The notes beneath the pieces are model-generated. The model was not told the origin of the DNA. It saw nothing but the letters and a program-made list of their open reading frames with translations, and did no database searches. Both the position numbers and the translations under genes were made by a program. A stretch of 64,000 bases of DNA from Piromyces finnis finn (Eukaryota > Fungi > Neocallimastigomycota): assembly GCA_002104945.1 (NCBI GenBank), contig MCFH01000017.1, positions 744,001 through 808,000 of the forward strand. The letters are read 5' to 3'. Shown here piece by piece: positions 59,341-64,000 of this stretch; position 1 is the first letter of the stretch, and every line of letters starts with the position of its first letter.

Positions 59341-60988
59341 TTTGGAATAACGGATTAGTAGTTATATTACAATTTTTTAACTTCTTCTGTTACCTTATAT
59401 TGTTTTATCTCGACAGCTATTGTATGATTTTTAACAATATCTATTTGTTTTATTAATTTTATTTTAAGCTATTTTATAATATTTATAGTTTTATTATTTT
59501 ATAATATTTATATAGAATAATAACACCAGATTTATTCTATAAAATATTATTTATTTTCAACACAATAATTACAAAAAATTAAACAAGTTTAATTTCGTTT
59601 TTATATTTTCTTTTATTTATTGTTTTTACACTCTTTTTAACAATAATTTTTATTATATAAAAACTTATTTTTGTCTTTTAAATATTAGTATGTATTAACT
59701 AATTAATTATATTAACTATTATTAAAATTTAACTTATTATTAATAGTCAAAGTCTTCCCATTTTCTACTAAAAAATATTATTATTCTTTATATTAAAAAT
59801 GATTTTTATAATATATAAATTTATAAAATATTTGATTTTATGTAAATTATATTTTTGTACTAAACTATATAAAATTATTTAATAATTATTTTTATAATAA
59901 AATATTCTACTAATATCAAATTTATAATATATTTATAATTATTATTTATCATTTAAAGAATAAAACTAATAGAAAATATTACATCTAGTATATACTTTTT
60001 TCAATTTATAAAGGATTAGATAATTGTAATTTTAACATTTTGAAGAAGATTAAATATGCAACATTTTACCCTACGAAGTTTCATTTATTTTAATCTATTC
60101 CTCCAATTTAACAGCAATAATAATATTAATTCTATTTAATTATTAAAAATAACATTAAGTGTAATAAAAGAAAAAAATAAAAAAAAAAGAAAGTAAAAAA
60201 AGAAAATATAAATAATTTTTTAACTTTTAATTAATAAAATGCAAAGTAATACATATTTTTAGGAAAGTTATTAATTATTTATATTTTTTTTTATATTTCA
60301 TTGTTTTATTAAATTATATTTAATCCACCATGTACCATTTTTAACAAATAGTATTATTACTCAAATTCAAAATTCAGAAGTAAAAAATAATTGAATTTAA
60401 AAATTAAATCCTGATATATTTATTAAGTCAATTTGTTGGAACTAGAGGTAAATATTCTAACTACTTTGTTTTTAAGAAACAACTTTTTTTAATGTTAACT
60501 TTAAAAGGGTTAAATTAATAAATTTTTTAATTTTAAATAACCATAGCCATAACCCTTTTCAATAATTTTGTTTTAGTTTTAGACTTTATATTTTCTTGCA
60601 TTTATTATAGTTAAGTTTTTGAATATTTTAAAGTATAAAAAAGAAATAAATATGTATAAATTTCAATTACATAAATCGATCCTTTCTTTTTAATTAACAA
60701 TCATTGTAATTATTCTTTATTTCTATTAACATATTAATTTGAAGAAAAAAAAAAACTATTATAAAATATTTTATTGTAGTGAAGAATATTATTTTTGTTA
60801 AAACAATGCATTAATTATTAAAAGTTTTCAAATTAAAACCCTTCAAATTTCATTTCTGATTACTTTATTATTTTATAATTTGTATATTAAGAAAATTTAA
60901 TAATAATTTTTTGTTAGTAAAAAAATACAAAAAAGAAAAAAAAAACTAGTAATATCTTATTAATAATATTGAACGTTTCGATTAAACT

Positions 60989-61022
<34 letters not shown>

Positions 61023-61500
61023 GCATTTTTTATATAACATTTACTTCATTTTATTTAGAATCAGTTAATAAAAGAATCTTTTTTTTTTTTTTAAAAGTTG
61101 AAAATCTTATTAAAATATTATTAAGAAACCTTTTTATTTTAAAATTTACCGCATTATAAAAAATCGTATATAAATAAATGTTTTAAAGAATTTATATAAA
61201 AATTTTATTTAAACTATTTATTGAAATTAAAATTATTTTGAAATTTCAAAATTTGGAATTAATAGTACATTAATAGAATTGTTAATTATAAATATATATA
61301 AATTAATAGGTAAATATGATATTGATGATTACTTTATTTTTTTTTCTATAATATTCTAACTTAATGATGGATAAGATAATAATTATTTGTTTATTATTAT
61401 TGTTATTATTACTTTATATTTTTATTATATTATATATATATATATATTATTTTGTTTTTTTTGAAATTATTTTTTTTTCTTTATTCTATTGGTATTGATT

Positions 61501-62367
61501 TTAATTTAAAACTAAACTTAATATCAAAAGAAAGTAGATTATTGCTTTTGCAAATGACTGGGATGAAATATTATCACCAGAATTATGATTGTAATAATTA
61601 TCTTCACAAACATCGAAACATTGGTTAGAAATACAATCTAAATCATCATAGCAAATTTGATTAGAAGCTAAAGCACAATTAATATGGGATTGATGTACAC
61701 CTAATTCAGCAACAACGCAATTATAAATTGGATCAGAATCATCAACTAAACAAATTCCTTCACTACATTGGTTGGTAAAGCAATCAGAATTACTCTTACA
61801 TTTTGGAAGATTCTTATTCTTATCATCCTTTACAGTTTGATAACTGTCAATAATTAAATTAGGACTATTGGCAGAATCGAAACTTTCGAGTATGGATACA
61901 CAACCGTTAATTTTATTACAAAAAAAATCCATATCGCAAACACCAATATCAATTTCATAATCATAAGTACATCCTCTACTGTAATCTGGACATTGGGAAT
62001 CGTCTGAACAAGAAATTCTTATTAATAAAAAGTAATAAATAATACATTTATTAATAAAATTTAATATATTAATATATTAATATTAATATTACAATATTTG
62101 TTTTAATAATAAAACTCGAAAAATAAAAAATAAAAATTAAATTGGTGAATTTCTTAAGAGGTAGAAATTGATTAAAATTTTAAATTGTACATAGACTTAA
62201 TTTATAAATTTATATATCGACTATATTTACATTGGCAATTTCTTAACATCTTCAAGTCTGAACTCTGGAAAAACTTTATAGTCAGTGGTATTAGTAAATG
62301 AACTAGCACCTACTAAGGAAAGACCAATGCATTGTAATGAGAATATAATTTTGTATCCAAATTTCAT
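61501..62367 (-). CDS. Secreted cysteine-rich protein (217 aa) with a probable GPI-anchor signal. Exons 62231-62367 and 61501-62017
   Basis: Signal peptide MKFGYKIIFSLQCIGLSLVGA. Three C-x5-C modules (CSDDSQC, CKSNSDCFTNQCSEGIC, CYDDLDCISNQCFDVC). Ser-rich linker and hydrophobic tail AKAIIYFLLILSLVLN*. The phase-2 intron is consistent. Confidence 0.8.
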
Positions 62368-63625
62368 TTTAATTTTTATATTTATATTGTATATAATTAA
62401 TAAATATTATAATTTATTTTATAATATTTATCGTTATTTATTGTTATTTATTATTATTGTATATATAGATGTATTTCCTTTTTTTTTTTTTTTTTTTAAA
62501 TTCTTTTTATTATAAATATAAAAAGTTTTTTTTTTTTAAAGTACTTTGAATTGCCTATTTTTAAAACAAATTTTTGTGGATGAAATTTTTACACATGACC
62601 CAAATTTAAATATAAAATAAGATTTATTAATTCTTTTTTTTTTTTTTTTTTCAACTTATTATTATTAATATTTTAAAAAACGATGAATATTATTCCAAAG
62701 GCAATCTAAATATACTTTATAAAATATTATTTTCTTTTTTCTTTTTATTACTATTATCAAATGAGTAGTATGGAATTAATTAAAAGTAATTACCGCCGTT
62801 TAATAGTATAGAAGGAATGAGTTATTAAAGTCATCTTCCCTTTTAACTTTTATTTAAAAATAGTAATTCAACCAATAAATATTAAAATTAATTATTTATC
62901 GAAAACTTTAATTATTATGAAAAGTTTTTTTAATCAAAAAGATAATTATTAGTTACTATATATTACTTATTACTTATTACTATGTATATATGCATATATT
63001 ACTTTCAGTACATTAAAAATTGGTAAAAACTTCTATGTGAAAGTCATGATATATATATATATATTTTAATGTAACCAAAATAATAATGTAAAAATAATAT
63101 ATATTATATAAGAAATTGAGATAATTTTATTTATTTATTATTATATTATTATTATCATAAAATATTTTATATCTAATACATATTTAAAACATAAAATGGA
63201 CAAATAAAGGAACATAAAAATTAACAATAATAGTAGCAATAAAAATAATAACAATAATCATTAATATTAATTATTTATATATTTAACGAAAAAATGATGA
63301 TTTTGATATATAAAAATAACTTTTTTTTTTAAAATACTATTCTATGTTATACCATAATATTACTATACTGTTAATTTTTAAAAATAAAAATTCAATTCAT
63401 TTTAGATTTTAAGAGTATTCAACATAAACTATTTATTTTGTTTATGTAAAATATTCACTAATTATTCCAATAGAGAGAGTATTCATAAGTAAATGTTTCA
63501 TAATTTTTTTTTCTTGAAAATTCTATCATTATGGCTGATAATTCTTTTTTACATTTAAAAAAGTTTATCATACATTTTATAAATATTTTAGTATTATTTA
63601 TAAAATATTTATTATGCTTTTTTAG

Positions 63626-63716
63626 AAAATCATATTTTATAATTACTTTTAATATCTCTTTTAAAATCATATTCTTATAATTACTTTTAATATCTCTTTT
63701 TAAAATCATATTTTTA
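63626..63716. repeat. About 39-bp tandem repeat, about 2.3 copies
   Basis: AAAATCATATT-TTATAATTACTTTTAATATCTCTTTT occurs twice, plus a partial third copy. Confidence 0.75.
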
Positions 63717-64000
63717 TAAAAGTTTTTTTTTTTTTTTTTTCATAAAAACTATAAAAAAAGAAAATGTTGGAATATGTATTATACATTAAAAGATTAGTTA
63801 TTATTTTCATTTTTAATTATAAACAAATAAAGTGTTTTTAAATATTCATTTTTAACAATAAACATATTTTAAGTATTATCTTTTCAATTATTTGTAGTGA
63901 AATTTTATGATCAAAAACATTTAACGTTTCATTTGTTCTAATAGTATATTATATATTATGAATAACACTTTTAATGAATTAGAATATTTAAATAGAATAT

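Noticed and set aside
61501-62017. Cys-rich modules as fungal dockerin (CBM10-like) or chitin-binding CBM18 domains
   Set aside because: They lack the conserved Trp/Gly residues (WG..N..WC) of dockerins and the aromatic S..G.CG pattern of CBM18.

Overview
Very AT-rich, intron-containing eukaryotic DNA with long (AAT)n tracts. The fungal-type vezatin and DNF-type flippase, a flagellum-associated CCDC191-like gene and the extreme AT content point to an anaerobic gut fungus (Neocallimastigomycota); this is an inference. Genes rebuilt by hand from GT-AG introns with consistent phases: 5' part of RPN1 (-), CCDC191-like (+), taspase-1 with three extra 5' exons missed by the ORF track (+), DNF1/2-like P4-ATPase (-), vezatin (-), ALG14 (+), NFS1 (-), an orphan 200-aa ORF in a gene desert (+), an orphan ~1570-aa low-complexity protein (-), initiator tRNA-Met (-) and a Cys-rich secreted, probably GPI-anchored protein (-). 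The strongest signal is three back-to-back TG...ATCA-bounded non-coding elements (1107, 1405 and 1147 bp) starting 14 bp upstream of the tRNA-iMet gene. This looks like repeated tRNA-targeted integration (solo LTRs or MITE-like elements), with CpG decay in the distal copy. Next are an F-box-like N-terminal extension spliced onto taspase-1, a vezatin split by a ~900-aa low-complexity insert, and the orphan 200-aa protein with a possible ubiquitin-like fold. No database searches were run; protein identities rest on recognised motifs.
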